Origin: Haliotis cracherodii
Lineage: Eukaryota
NCBI RefSeq assembly: GCF_022045235.1
Contig: NW_027266302.1
Span: forward strand, 620,001 to 684,000
DNA: 64,000 bases
Direction of reading: 5' to 3'
Shown here: positions 51,701-64,000 of the stretch, piece by piece
Position numbering within the stretch: the first letter of the stretch is position 1
How the letters are laid out: each line of letters begins with the position of its first letter
Translations under genes and position numbers: made by a program
The notes under the pieces: model-generated
The model's input: the letters and a program-made list of their open reading frames with translations, nothing else
Told to the model about the DNA's origin: nothing
Database searches by the model: none

Positions 51701-52807
51701 GTAAGTCCAAAATATCCTTAAACTACTCATAGCTTTGTTCAGTAAGCATGCTGAGTGGATGATCACAAGTAATATGTACTATGCACTTGGGAGTGTGCTC
51801 AAAAGCCCCACATGCTACATGACAAACAAAGCTATACACACGAAAATATGCAGCCTGAACATGGCTGCATTATATTAGCTACAATTTAGTGTCACTACAT
51901 GGACAATAAGTAGCTGAGCTTACCATTCTCATTGACCCCAACAGAATTTTACTATACACAGGCTTCAGACTAGTTGCTAAACTTGCAGACTATGTCCTTG
52001 GCATTTGAAGGTGAATCCTCAGCTTCATTGTTTGCGATCATGTAATTGTCATATCTTTCAAACATGTCAAAGGTTAGCGACTTCAAAGGTTCCACATCTT
52101 GTGACATGGCTCCAACAGTAAGTATTAAACTGGAAAATCCAATACCAAGGAGCCTTGTCTGTGACTGCTACTTCAGAAGCTATAGAAACAGGAGTGTGCA
52201 TCCCAGTTGAAAGCCTATTGTCAGCATATATCAGGTTCTATTGATTATTCCGACAGTGTTACTACTTCTGCTTCTGCAAAAAGTCTATTACTAATGGACT
52301 TGTCTCTTTTTATTACTTACTAGTCTCAGTACACAGTCTGAAAGAGTATAAATTGTTGATCATTTTTCTCCTTGCCTAATATTATCTTTTTCTTCAGTAA
52401 TCATTTGACAGGCAACGTGAGATATGTACATGTCAATTGAAAATGCAAGTTAGCATGGCACAAGCTTAAAAGCTTACTCCCATAAAATACAATCAGAGAC
52501 TAAAAAATAAAATAAACAGTTCTCCAAAAGTACTATCCCAAAGTAAAGATCTCTTGTCCAACTGACAATGTACAACAACTACTTTGTAGCCCAACTCTTA
52601 GGCAAGACGAATGGATGGGTTTTTTTCATAAAGGTTAATATAATCTGATTAGAATGATGTACAATTCTGTTGACAATGACCATGTTGATATGTCAAGGGA
52701 ATTCTAAACTGACTAACCACTTAGAGCTATGGAAGTAGAACACACTAAAACACACAATATCAATACAGCTCATTCTGTAGGTATGACTGATTCTAAACAT
52801 TGGGTAA

Positions 52808-52928
52808 AACCAAAAGTGATGTACATCACGATAGCAGTCGGCAACTCTAGTCGTCACTTCACCAAAACCGAAAGTGATGTACATCACGATAGCAGTCGGC
52901 AACTCTAGTCATCACTTCACCAAAACCA
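52808..52928. repeat. Tandem duplication of ~60 bp containing palindrome GTGATGTACATCAC
   Basis: Two near-identical units. Confidence 0.85.
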
Positions 52929-53054
52929 AAGAGTAAAATCAAATGCATTTTGGTCAACATGGTCCAAACAGCCGTAGCAAATATATGCTTTTGTATACAG
53001 AGAGAACACACCGAGACATTGAGTGAATTTTGTGTCACACCACAGTCATCAGTC

Positions 53055-53305
53055 CACCTGTGGTTGACAGTAATATCAACAAACCTGTGCTTGATAGTAT
53101 GATAAACAAACATGTGCTTGACATAATGATCAACCAACCTGTGATTGACAGCAAGATCCATAAACCTGTGTTTGACAGCATGATCAACCAACATGAGCTT
53201 GACAGAATGATCAACAAACCTGTGATCGACAGCAAGATCAACAAACCTGTGATTGACAGCAAGATCAACCAACCTATAACTGACAGCATAATGAACAAAC
53301 CTGCA
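53055..53305. repeat. Minisatellite, 27-bp unit
   Basis: AACCTGTGATTGACAGCAAGATCAACA, about 9 copies. Confidence 0.88.
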
Positions 53306-54475
53306 TTTGCCTCAAGATATATCCCTGTGTTGTGTCATTCAAACCTAACTCAAAACAAAGCTTCGTATAGTGGCAAATTCGGCTCAGAATCCAGGGTATT
53401 TATGACAACTGAATGAATAATCAATAATGCACACTATTTTTGATAATTTATGATGTAGATGTCATTACTTGGTTACTGTCCAACATGTCCAATGGAAGAT
53501 GGCAAATTCATAAAGACACTTAAAATAATATTCATCCTACTCCATGTAAAATAAATGTAAATTGTAATACCAGAGTTCATAAAATGCCTTTTACATAAGA
53601 AAAGAAATGTGCATGAACACATGACATTAACTGATAATAAGAACTGGCTGTGACATTTCTTTTTGCCTATTTTGTAACTAAATGTCAAAAATCACACTGA
53701 ACATTAAGTTAACAAAGGAATGAAATGTCAATGACTGGACACATGCCTGTACAGAATTCTTAGTCATACCTGCTACCCATTGAACTGTAACAAGACAACT
53801 GACTAGTATCATGCATTTTATTCATCACATATCATAATCATGGTCATAAGATGTGACATGTTTTGTTGTTTGTTGTTAAAGGCACTCAGCATTGCAATAT
53901 TTCATTTCCAGCTATATGATGGGTGGCTTGTAAATATTCGCCTCTGGACCAAACAGCCCAGTGACTGATATCATGGTTGATCAACACACCCAGGTACATT
54001 GACACACTATCAACTAAGTCATGGAGACTGACCATCCGATCTATTTGGTCACCTCTTACAACCACGTAGACCTATGCTAACCGGGAATCTCCATGGGCGC
54101 TACATTATTTTGATCGGGTGGGGTCTGTGACATGGCTGAGCTGACTGTGACATTCAACAACATTTATTCACTGACATGCCTCTCAACAAGATGTGATCAA
54201 AGATGATGAATTACTTGAGTCATGTAATCAACAGATGCTTAACAACAACAAAAATCAGCAGACAAATATGTCCAGCATTATTTCATTTTCTCCAGACATC
54301 TGTATACGAAAAGTAAATATGAATTTCCTGACGTATCCAGGAAACATGGAACTTAACGCAGACATCAGTTGATTCACTTCGGTTTGAAGGGTTAACGCTA
54401 ACAAACAGTTTAGTTATCAAATGGCATTGTTCAGGTACATACAAAGAAAGATGCATATTGACGTTGATAACTCAC

Positions 54476-57246
54476 CTGAGTTTGGCGCATGATTTTCTAA
54501 CGGTGTACTTCCTGCATCTGTTGTCGTTCTCTGATTAACCAGACAAGATCAACACTAGGCCTCGTCACACGGAGATGAAGCAGAGGTCTGCAGGTTCGAG
54601 ACAGAATATTGCACACTAAATATCTCATTAAGTGCACACACAAAAGTTTAATTTTTGCGCTTATGGCAATGTACGAGTTGTGCAAATTCGATTCCCGTCA
54701 AATATCCCGTAGATTAGTCAACATAACTTGAATCATTTGTGAATATATTTCAACGCGATGCAAGGTTTGCACTTTTGACCCCGAACTCCGCCATTGTGAA
54801 AGAACCCGTATGAAATATTTTCATTACGACTACTTTACACTTCAATCAAAGACACTGTTCTGATGTGATCTCGAGCACAATATGAAGCACTGCGAATTGA
54901 GTCTATCAACTGCTGATGTATCCCCCTATGGCCGTCAACAGAAACTCTATTAGGATGCACAATATTAATGTTTCTTATGACTTAATAAAATGGCTGTCCT
55001 GTTTATTCAACAGTTTTGATATGTTTTACAATACTGAGGACAGATTGTGAATATAACATAATTACCAAGGAAATCCGCGTTCAGGCTTATCCAACCAATA
55101 CTGAAAACATTGCCTTCAATATTCCAAGAACAAGAGACTATAGTCCGTTTGTCTGTCTCCTGGATCCTAGAGAATATATATTTTAAAATATAATCCCTCT
55201 CAAGTCTAGAATGAATTGGCAAGTCTAGATTGCCTCAGCTCAGAAATTAGCATTGCTCTGGGTTCCATTTGATTTTACTTTTTCTTCTTCTTTTTTTTAA
55301 AAAATGTATTTTGTAGATATATCTTTAAACAAGAGAACTTGATTTCTTGGATTCAATGTTAGTGTTATGGTCCGTGCTCAAGTGCCCATTTGCAGTTTAG
55401 GCCAAGACGGTGTAGTGTGTAGATTGTGGGAAAGTGAGGCATTTTCTCGGTGTATGGGGTAAAGTTTTGCTGTTATATTGAGCTTTCCGATTTAAGATAG
55501 CAGAACAATAGTAGGGTTTGAATGACTTCAATCCAACTTGCTGTGACTGCCAATGATGCTATAGCTTCCCATTGAGTATGGATATGTATAATGATAAATT
55601 TAAAAATACTGATTATAGATAAGTCATCGTACACCTATAATATGCATCAATCCCCGAAACACATTATTTTCCCACCCACCCACCCAGCCCTTTCTGTAAT
55701 GCTTCTGCTCTAAATGAAGCAAGTCTAGATTTTCTACAAGATTCAGTTTCTCCCATTTTACTTGGGCTCAGTTTCAATTTAAATGGAGTTGTTTGTTTCC
55801 ATCAAAATATATATTTTCAGAGACTAAAGCGTTAGTCCAACGGCCTTGGACGTTGTTCATAATGTCACCCACTGGTCGATGCTTAACAGGCCCCTGTGAT
55901 ACAGTTAGGAGTATTGCTGAGTGCGGCGATTCCAGATTTGCAACGGGGGCTGTGTTGATTTCGTATCTAAGAAATAGTACTTACCCGATTTCTTTTGATT
56001 TCACATAGTAACAGAAAAATGCACATACAGGTGATGGTCGCATATGTGAAAATATATAAATATATTGTTTATTGACATTGTAAATCAAACAAAATAGCAC
56101 AATGCACTGTAGACTAACATTTAGTCTCTGAAATCTTATATTACACAATATCCTTCTTGATTCTAAATTATTATTATTTTTAAATCCCTATGCTGATTTC
56201 TATGTGGAATACAGCTAGCTTGAGCTGGCTAGACTTGCTTTTGTATGCATTTCTAGATTATTATTTTTTCATAAAATAAATATGTTCCACGGTCATGGTG
56301 CAGGTCTAAATGCACTGATGCTCTCCTGGTATTTATAGTGAGCTCAAATTACCTCAATGTCAAGCTGAAACTGTATTTAAGACAATATTCAAGTGTGAAC
56401 AACTGTGAATAACTGTGGAAGACAAGACAATGACGATGTAAATAAATCATCTATTCTACAACATAACATAATAATGCATGTATATAAAGCATATATATCA
56501 CTACATAAATCCCTCTTATCGTTATTGAAAATAAAGGTGCCGTTATCGCCCGCCAATAGCAACCGTCTTCGCCAAATGAGGTGCCGTTTTTGCCCAAGAC
56601 ATCGGTGACGTTTTGCTGAGGTGTCGTTTTAGCCTGCACCCACTTAGGGAAAATGTGGCGGTTAATTGGACAGAATGGGTGATTGTTGTGAATATCTATT
56701 GAGAAATGTACCCCATGCGTTGTTCTTGTGATATTTGTATTTGTTCGTTCTTTATAAGAACTCCTGAGTGACGTTAATCGCGTTATGGACGTTATTAGGA
56801 TGTCCATGTTTCTCCACATTTGACGTTTTTGCGTGTGTTGTATCGGGAGAGATATCACAATATGCATGTGGTAGAATTGCAAATCCTGTTCGAAAAGTTT
56901 TCGAAGTAGACGTGTTAAAACATGAAACGGTGCGCTGCAGAGGAAGGCTTGGGTTGATGATAGGTAGCAGCTTTTACTTCTAGAATCATAAGATCCATTT
57001 TTTTGGCACCACAGTTGCCATTTTCTTGCAACGTCCTAGTCCCGAAGTAGATTTAATACACTTGTTACACGATAGATAACAAACGCATGCTCATTTGCTG
57101 TATAAATTAAAGAGCCTATAGTTCCTCAAGAAGACTGCTTCGGCCGATTGGAAGAACGAGTAATAGCTTCCCTGTTTTACGGATTCTTCGGGTAGGAGGT
57201 TGTAAACGACAAAATCTAAAAAGACTTTGTCATGCTTTAGGTTGAG
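54476..57246. promoter_or_regulatory. Divergent promoter region between AMBRA1 (-) and DHX33 (+) with putative non-coding first exons
   Basis: Minus-strand donor CAG|GTGAGT at 54475, plus-strand donor GAG|GTAGGT at 57247. CpG-enriched patches at ~54500-54800 and ~56540-57350, with ETS (ACTTCC) and YY1-like (AATGGCG) motifs. Confidence 0.4.
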
Positions 57247-58885
57247 GTAGGTGCATACTATCGACAGACGGTTTCACAAATGTATATGGAAGTAAATATG
57301 TTGTATGGAAAGTCGTATGTTTACCAATATGGCGTTAACGTGAACACGTGCGTTTGTTTTGGAACAGTTCATGGGGTGTAAACTACTTAGGGTAACGTGT
57401 TATTCATTCATCAATAATGATAAGCCTCAGCATAATACACACTTCAAACGATAAACTGTCGAGAGTCAGACCGGCAATGTTAGAAAAGACATTTTGACAG
57501 GGACAGATTTATTCCGCAGATATCAATATCAATATCCGCAGAAACAATCGCACGAACTAGTCACAAAACAGTCCTCCAATATGGATGCATGTGTTGTTTT
57601 GCGATATGTGGTAATATAAATTCATGAGCTCCTCGTTTTTGTTCCAAACGGCTAAACCCAAAACACCTGCCGGGAGTGGGATGTGTACGATAATATTTCT
57701 ATTTGCTTGCCATTGCATATCTCGTAATATCTCTGTGAATATTCTAATATGCTAAACATTTTCTCGTTTCTCGTGAGATAGGTATATGCGTCTGAGATAG
57801 AATATTGTCAAAAGCGTCATTTATTGCCAAATGTCACCAACTGTCAGTTATATATAATGTTTTTGTAGTATACATGCAGCTTATATAATGTATAGTTTTG
57901 ACAGCCGATAAAGATTCATAAGCTGATATTCCTAAACAATTGCTCTGCATGTATTTGTGAATGTCATGTTGATATTTTTCGCTGAAGGGGACGTTTTCAG
58001 CATGAGTTCTACAGATATGTACCCCAGGTACATATACATATCTGTATACAGAAATGTACTCTCGCCAAAATCGGAATACCGAAAGATACGCGGCACCCAA
58101 ACGAGGGACGAGTCCATATTCCTCAACCTGAAACCGGTTCGTGATGTAGTTCTGGTTCGCCTGGATGACCCCGTGTTTAGCGGAATGTTAGAGTAAAGTA
58201 CATGTATACGTCACTGTGTATGCTCGATTTTTATATGGCACGCTGGAATACATGTCATAAAACAGTATGACAGTCCTGACCCATTTATGGAAAGGAAATA
58301 CCAAGAGAAAAATATACAACATGTTCCGCCAACTTGAATTTTACCAGGGTACATATCTGTAGTACCCATGCCATCAACGACCTCTTCAGCACGGAGTCTG
58401 TATACTGTGTCTGAGTGGGGTGTTCATGTTAAACTGTATCTCAGTGGGCTAGCACTACAAAATCATTATTAGTCGGGACTAGGACAAACAGACACACACA
58501 CATGCATGCACGTTACTATATAAGTGCACTAATCTTGGATGCGATTTTAAACCCTCGCCACCAATAGCTATTATATGACCATAAGTTATGCTGTGATCGT
58601 GCAGAACTGAATATCTTTATATATTATGAGATTGCAGCCTGCGACTTCAGCCACTTGTCCAAAGTCTATAAAAATTCTGTTCAATCTTGTAAACTCAGTA
58701 ATATCAGTCCATATAATAACAATGACTTCTGAAAAAAATGATGCTAAGAACCATGTTCAGGCTTGTAGTCTAGGAGTCTAGGATTGTATTATTACTAATA
58801 TGCTATATGCCATATCAAATATTGTTTCAATTTCATTTATATGCCATATCAAATATTGTTTCAATTTCATTTACTTCTTCAAGTG

Positions 58886-59111
58886 GCGACTATGCTTGCC
58901 GTAAAAGGCGATTATGCTTGTTGTAAGAGGCGACTAACGGGATCGGGTGGTCAGGCTTGCTGACATGGTTGATGCATGTCATCGTATCCCAATTGTGTGG
59001 ATCGTGTCAATCACTGGATTGTCTGGTCCAGACTCGATTATTTACAGACCGCCATCATAAAGCTGGAATATTGCTGAGTGTGGCATGAAACAACAAACAA
59101 ACAAACAAAAC
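58886..59111 (+). mobile_element. SINE-like retroposon family B, 5'-truncated, with TSD
   Basis: 13-bp TSD ACTTCTTCAAGTG (58873-58885, 59112-59124), consistent with LINE-mediated retroposition. Confidence 0.9.
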
Positions 59112-59954
59112 ACTTCTTCAAGTGTGTGAAAAAGAACTGGAATACCAGTATATTGCAAAATGGCTGTCAGCAATACACATATCGCAATACAAACTTTGTG
59201 TACTGATATTTTCCAATACATTTTCCAAAGAATTTATATATAATTATGTAAATTATTTCTACTATCTTGAGACATTTGAATGGACTGGGTTCCTATCTAA
59301 CAGAGCAAGCTTCATGCTGTTAAATAAAGTTCCATATTGATGATGTACTAAGTAGTTATCCATACTGTCAAGACCTATTTCGAAATCTGTAGCCTGGATT
59401 ATTGAGTAAAGCATTACCATTTGAATAGTACAAATCTATATAATTTGGGCCCCAATATGTATTGCAATATGTATCGCAATACAGCTCTCTGCATTGTGAC
59501 ATATTGCAATATGATTTATGTGCCAATACGCTAACCCTATCTTCAAGTTTATATATCAGAAGCAATAATACATCTTGATACCTCTGTTGGATAGAGAGGA
59601 TGATGGTTCATGCTTGTATTTTCATCAGATGACTTGGGTAACGTTACATTGGGATTTCTAAACGATTGATAGATTATACTTATACAGGGGGTAGCCCAGT
59701 CGTTTGAGGTTCCACAATTTGCTTCCCACAGTTGAGACTTGTAGGTGTTCCAGAATCTTATTATCTTGATTAGATTTACTAAATGTTTTGATATTTATGA
59801 ATTACAATATATTATAAGAATGTCTGGCTGATGTTAGATGTGGAGCCACTGGTCATCATGGCCAGTAAGATAACATGTATTTTTAAAATTCTGAATGTCT
59901 GCCCAGCACTAGCTGATATTTACTTTTATTTTCAGGTAAGATCTTCACAGAAGC

Positions 59955-62712
59955 ATGAGGATGATGGATGAACAGCCGCCAAGCAAAAGGCGAAAGTTTA
60001 ACTGTAAATATATATTTGTTTAAATGACTAAAATAATCATTACTTTCTGACCCCATGAAGACCTGGGTTATATTATAATTGGCCTTCTGCAATCCATGCT
60101 TGTCATAAGAGTCGATTAACAGGATCACATAGTCAGTCCTTGGTTGATGCATGTCACAGCGTCCCAATTGTGTCAATCGATGCTCACGATGTCAACCACT
60201 GGATTGTCTGGCCCTGACATCAAGGTCTAAGCAGTCTTCACAATGTGCTGTGCACTGTTGTGTGTTGCATTGATCAGCTAGTTGTAGGCTTGTAGCCAAG
60301 ATTCATCCCATGGAGATGCAGTAGTCAACCTGAAGCATGTAAGTCAAGGAGTCCCAGTCATCATCCTAATGTTAGAAGATAAAGAATTAAGGGGTCCCAG
60401 AGCTCCAGATAAGCTTTTGGTGTTGTGGGTATTTTACCCATGCATTTTAAAATCATTGGGTATCAGTAATTCAATCTGGGTATTCAAATTTCTGTTTCCC
60501 ACTAGTTTTTACACATGTGGGAATTTAAGTTAAATATTTACAAACACTATTCATCTAGTCCCTGTAAACTGGTGTCGTGTGGGTTCGAGAGCTTTATAGG
60601 ACTAAAAAATACCACGATACTTCCACAAGAAAGTGTGATGGCAAATGATCATGATGTAACTGTCATCGTGGAGTTTGGCAAGGTTGACGGAATGCCAGTT
60701 TATAATTTCAAAATAAGTTGCTGATTTGCTAATCGAATACGCAGGGTTACTTCACAATATTTTGATGATACGCACAAGTTTTATTTTTGTAGCGTATCTG
60801 TAATGATCGTTGGGTATTTGATACACTTGGATTTTATTTTACTGCCTTATTCTGCATTTCTGATGTGTATTTTACGCAGATACGCAGGTTATCTGGAGCT
60901 CTGGGTCCTGAGATAAAAAATACTGTAACAGAAAACCTCAAGGACCCAGGACCTTCCCCTTATTCCTCAAACACTGAAGATGGATAAAATATGATGCCTT
61001 GTTTCACAAAGCAATGTTTGTGCCAGAATGATCTACGACAATAACACTAAGCTCGGCTCTCGTCATGTGGGCTTTTGTGAAGGTCTCGCACATTTGATGG
61101 TCACTGAGCAGTAAAAGCTTTTGAAATGGCGGAGCATGTGGTGTTCATCATTATTCTGCTGTCCTCCTGTCTCTCAGTGAATGTTTGCTTTTTCCAGACA
61201 GTAACTTAGACAAAATAGTTGTACCAATACAATCATTGTACATGTCATTGTCATGTAACAAATGTTATATTTGGGATAACACTTTCTTAGTAAAGTACAG
61301 ATTCTCGCACTTTTTTTGGGTTGAGTCCCGCCCGGGATTCGAACTCACACTTGCCAGAGTGAGGCACCTAATTGCCAGCACACAATGTCAGCGATCTAAC
61401 CCACTCAGCCACCGAGGCTTCCACAAAAATGGAAATCCGACAACTGGTAGTCTAGATCACGTACTTTTAGTACCCCTCTGACAAGTGTAAATTGGCACGG
61501 CTCCCAATGCCATTTAGAAAGTGGTCAAATGTAACAAATGTTATATTTGGGATAACACTTTCTTAGTAAAGTACAGTGATATCCCAAATATAACACTTTT
61601 TACATTTGACCACTTTCTAATGGCATTGTGTATTCATGTCATGGTCATATTGAAAACAAATTGTTGAGCTACAGTGTCATCATTTCACATGACCAAAATT
61701 AAGCCTGGCCACTGTCCATAACTTTTGTCATTACTTGTTCTTATTGTGCCTGCTATTTTTATTTTTAGCAGATATACTAATGATGACCTACATATTCTTT
61801 TTCATTGACAGTTACAAGTGTCCAGTTTAAAGACAGGGACAAATACAAAGTGAACAAACTGCGAGAAGAGAGAAAGAAGCTCCCCATCTTTCCTGCACGC
61901 TCCCGTCTTGTACAGGAAGTGAGGAAACATGACAGTGTCATCGTCATCGGGGAAACTGGAAGTGGAAAAACAACACAAATACCTCAGGTACTAGATGGTT
62001 TTCAACTTAACATTTTTAATCTACTAGTCCCTACAATGATAACATAAGCGAAACCCTTAAAAATGGCAACTTTCCACAAGTAACTTTCAACTGGTGTTGT
62101 GATGCAATACACGATACGATGCACATCTATATCTATAATATGGTCATGATGCGATACACAATGCGATACATGTCTCAATAGTACAGTCATCTAGCGATGC
62201 ACTGTATAATAATTACCTCAGTACTAAGGTTGTGAAGCGATACACGATATACATATCTCACTAGTAAGACTGCAATGTGATGCAGGATACGTGTGGTAAA
62301 TTGTTACACATCACAAGTCTGATGTACACAAATAGAACCAAAAAGATACATTCATTAGATTCTTATAAATTATACTACTCGCCAAAAAGCCCTGCGAAAA
62401 TAGAAACATATAGAGAAGTATGGATGTTAAGAAGAGATGTTTCCAATGTGTACCAATTAACGACAAAACTAACAGTTAGCCAATTCTTACCACAGTTTCT
62501 TTATTCGTATCATGTTATGCTGCACAGGATTTCCAAACTTTACACCCTGATCCTGCACTTAACTCTTACGACAAGTGAGACTTACTATACAGAGATCTTA
62601 ATATCAATGACTGCTTTGTCTGGTATTTCAATTAATTGAAGGATATATTTGATGTTTGCAGTATCTGCTCGAGTGTGGTGTACACCATGGCAAGCTCATT
62701 GCAGTTACACAG
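59955..62712 (+). CDS. DHX33: DEAH-box RNA helicase DHX33, first three coding exons (gene continues beyond window)
   Basis: join(59955..60003,61812..61987,62662..62712) gives MRMMDEQPPSKRRKFN-FTSVQ...RKKLPIFPARSRLVQEVRKHDSVIVIGETGSGKTTQIPQ-YLLECGVHHGKLIAVTQ. Walker A GETGSGKTTQ is present. The short N-terminus with PPxKR and LPIFxAR fits DHX33 best among DEAH paralogues. Confidence 0.8.
60398..60903. mobile_element. hAT-like MITE with apparent 5-bp TSD
   Basis: 15-bp TIR CAGAGCTCCAGATAA with GGTCC on both flanks. Confidence 0.8.
61253..61628 (-). mobile_element. tRNA-like sequence between 48-bp direct repeats, followed by an inverted repeat
   Basis: Direct repeats 61253-61300 and 61529-61576. 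tRNA-like segment ~61323-61420 (TGGCTGAGTGG A box, GTTCGAATCC B box). Inverted arms 61505-61559 / 61575-61628. Confidence 0.6.
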
Positions 62713-62715
62713 GTA

Positions 62716-64000
62716 GGTGTTCTATAGTGTAGTGTAGTGTAGTGTAGTGTAGTGTAGTGTAGTGTAGTGTAGTGTAGTGTAGTGTAGTGTAGTGTAGTGT
62801 AGTGTAGTGTAGTGTAGTGTTCTATAGTGTAGTGTAGGTGTAGTGTTCTATAATGAGTGTTATTTAGTGTTCTATAGTGTAGTGTAGGTGTAGTGTTCTA
62901 TAGTGTAGTGTTCTATAGTGTAGTGTAGTGTTCTATAGTGTAGTGTAGTGTTCTATAGTGTAGTGTAGTGTAGTGTTTTATAGTGTAGTGTAGTGTAGTG
63001 TAGTGTAGTGTTCTATAGTGTAGTGTAGTGTTCTATAGTGTAGTGTAGTGTTCGATAGTGTAGTGTTCTATTGTGTAGTGTAGTGTTATATAGTGTAGTG
63101 TTGTGTAGTGTAGAGTAGTGTTCTATAGTGTAGTGTAGTGTTCTATAGTGTAGTGTAGTGTTCTATAGTGTAGTGTAGTGTTCGATAGTGTAGTGTTCTA
63201 TAGTGTAGTGTAGTGTAGTGTTATATAGTGTAGTGTAGTGTAGTGTTCTATAGTGTAGTGTAGTGTTCTATAGTGTAGTGTTCGATAGTGTAGTGTTCTA
63301 TAGTGTAGTGTAGTGTTATATAGTGTAGTGTAGTGTTCTATAGTATGGTGTAGTGTAGTGTTCTATAGTGTAGTGTAGTGTAGTGTTCTATAGTGTAGTG
63401 TAGTGTTCTATAGTGTTGTGTAGTGTTCTATAGTGTAGTATAGTGAAGAGTTCTATAGTGGAGTGGAGTGTAGTGTTGTGTAGTGTTCTATAGTGTAGTG
63501 TAGTGTTCTATAGTGTAGTGTAGTGTTCGATGGTGTAGTGTTCTATAGTGTAGTGTAGTGTTCTATAGTGTAGTGTAGTGTTCGATAGTGTAGTGTTCTA
63601 TAGTGTAGTGTAGTGTTCTATAGTGTAGTGTAGTGTTCGATAGTGTAGTGTTCTATAGTGTAGTGTTCTATAGTGTAGTGTAGTGTAGTGAAGAGTTCTA
63701 TAGTGTAGTGTAGTGTAGTGTTCTATAGTGTAGTGTAGTGTTCTGTAGTGTAGTTTAGTGAAGAGTTCTATAGTGGAGTGGAGTGTAGTGTTGTGTAGTG
63801 TTCTATAGTGTAGTGTAGTGTTCTATAGTGTAGTGTAGTGTTCGATGGTGTAGTGTTCTATAGTGTAGTGTAGTGTTCTATAGTGTAGTGTAGTGTTCGA
63901 TAGTGTAGTGTTCTATAGTGTAGTGTAGTGTTCTATAGTGTAGTGTAGTGTTCTATAGTATGGTGTAGTGTAGTGTTCTATAGTGTAATGTAGTGTTCTA
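62716..64000. repeat. (TAGTG)n microsatellite with TTCTA variants in DHX33 intron
   Basis: About 1.3 kb of pentamer repeat running off the end of the window. Confidence 0.98.

Noticed and set aside
52859-53416. ORFs with 9-aa periodicity
   Set aside because: 27-bp minisatellite open on both strands, with no splice or start support.
56405-58196. Short ORFs between AMBRA1 and DHX33
   Set aside because: No recognisable domains or exon chain; more likely promoter and first-intron sequence.
62716-64000. Telomeric repeat
   Set aside because: The unit is TAGTG, not TTAGGG or TTAGG, and it starts inside an intron of an unfinished gene.

Overview
Eukaryotic (animal) genomic DNA, AT-rich and intron-rich. 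The SINE repertoire suggests a mollusc, probably a gastropod such as abalone (inference from recalled repeat families, not verified). Four spliced protein-coding genes were reconstructed by hand from GT-AG sites and reading phase. (1) HDAC8, minus strand, 11 coding exons, 730 aa, with an unusual ~365-aa N-terminal extension. (2) Head-to-head with it, a two-coding-exon plus-strand gene (716 aa) fusing a C2H2 zinc finger to a pogo/CENP-B-type transposase (HTH-psq, CENP-B HTH, DDE_1) whose catalytic triad is degenerate, i.e. a likely domesticated transposase. (3) AMBRA1, minus strand, 15 coding exons, 1219 aa, with a probable uORF-rich leader and a long 3' UTR. (4) The 5' part of DEAH helicase DHX33, plus strand, head-to-head with AMBRA1. 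Introns and intergenic DNA carry at least four SINE-like families, several MITEs (TA, CWG and 5-bp TSD types), Tc1, mariner and Penelope remnants, and several mini/microsatellites. The most notable leads are the HDAC8 extension with duplicated YxF-like and PLKKR-like motifs, the zinc finger/dead transposase gene next to HDAC8, a SINE whose target-site duplication copied an AMBRA1 splice acceptor, and a retroposon family whose head is a pseudoknot-like RNA rather than a tRNA.
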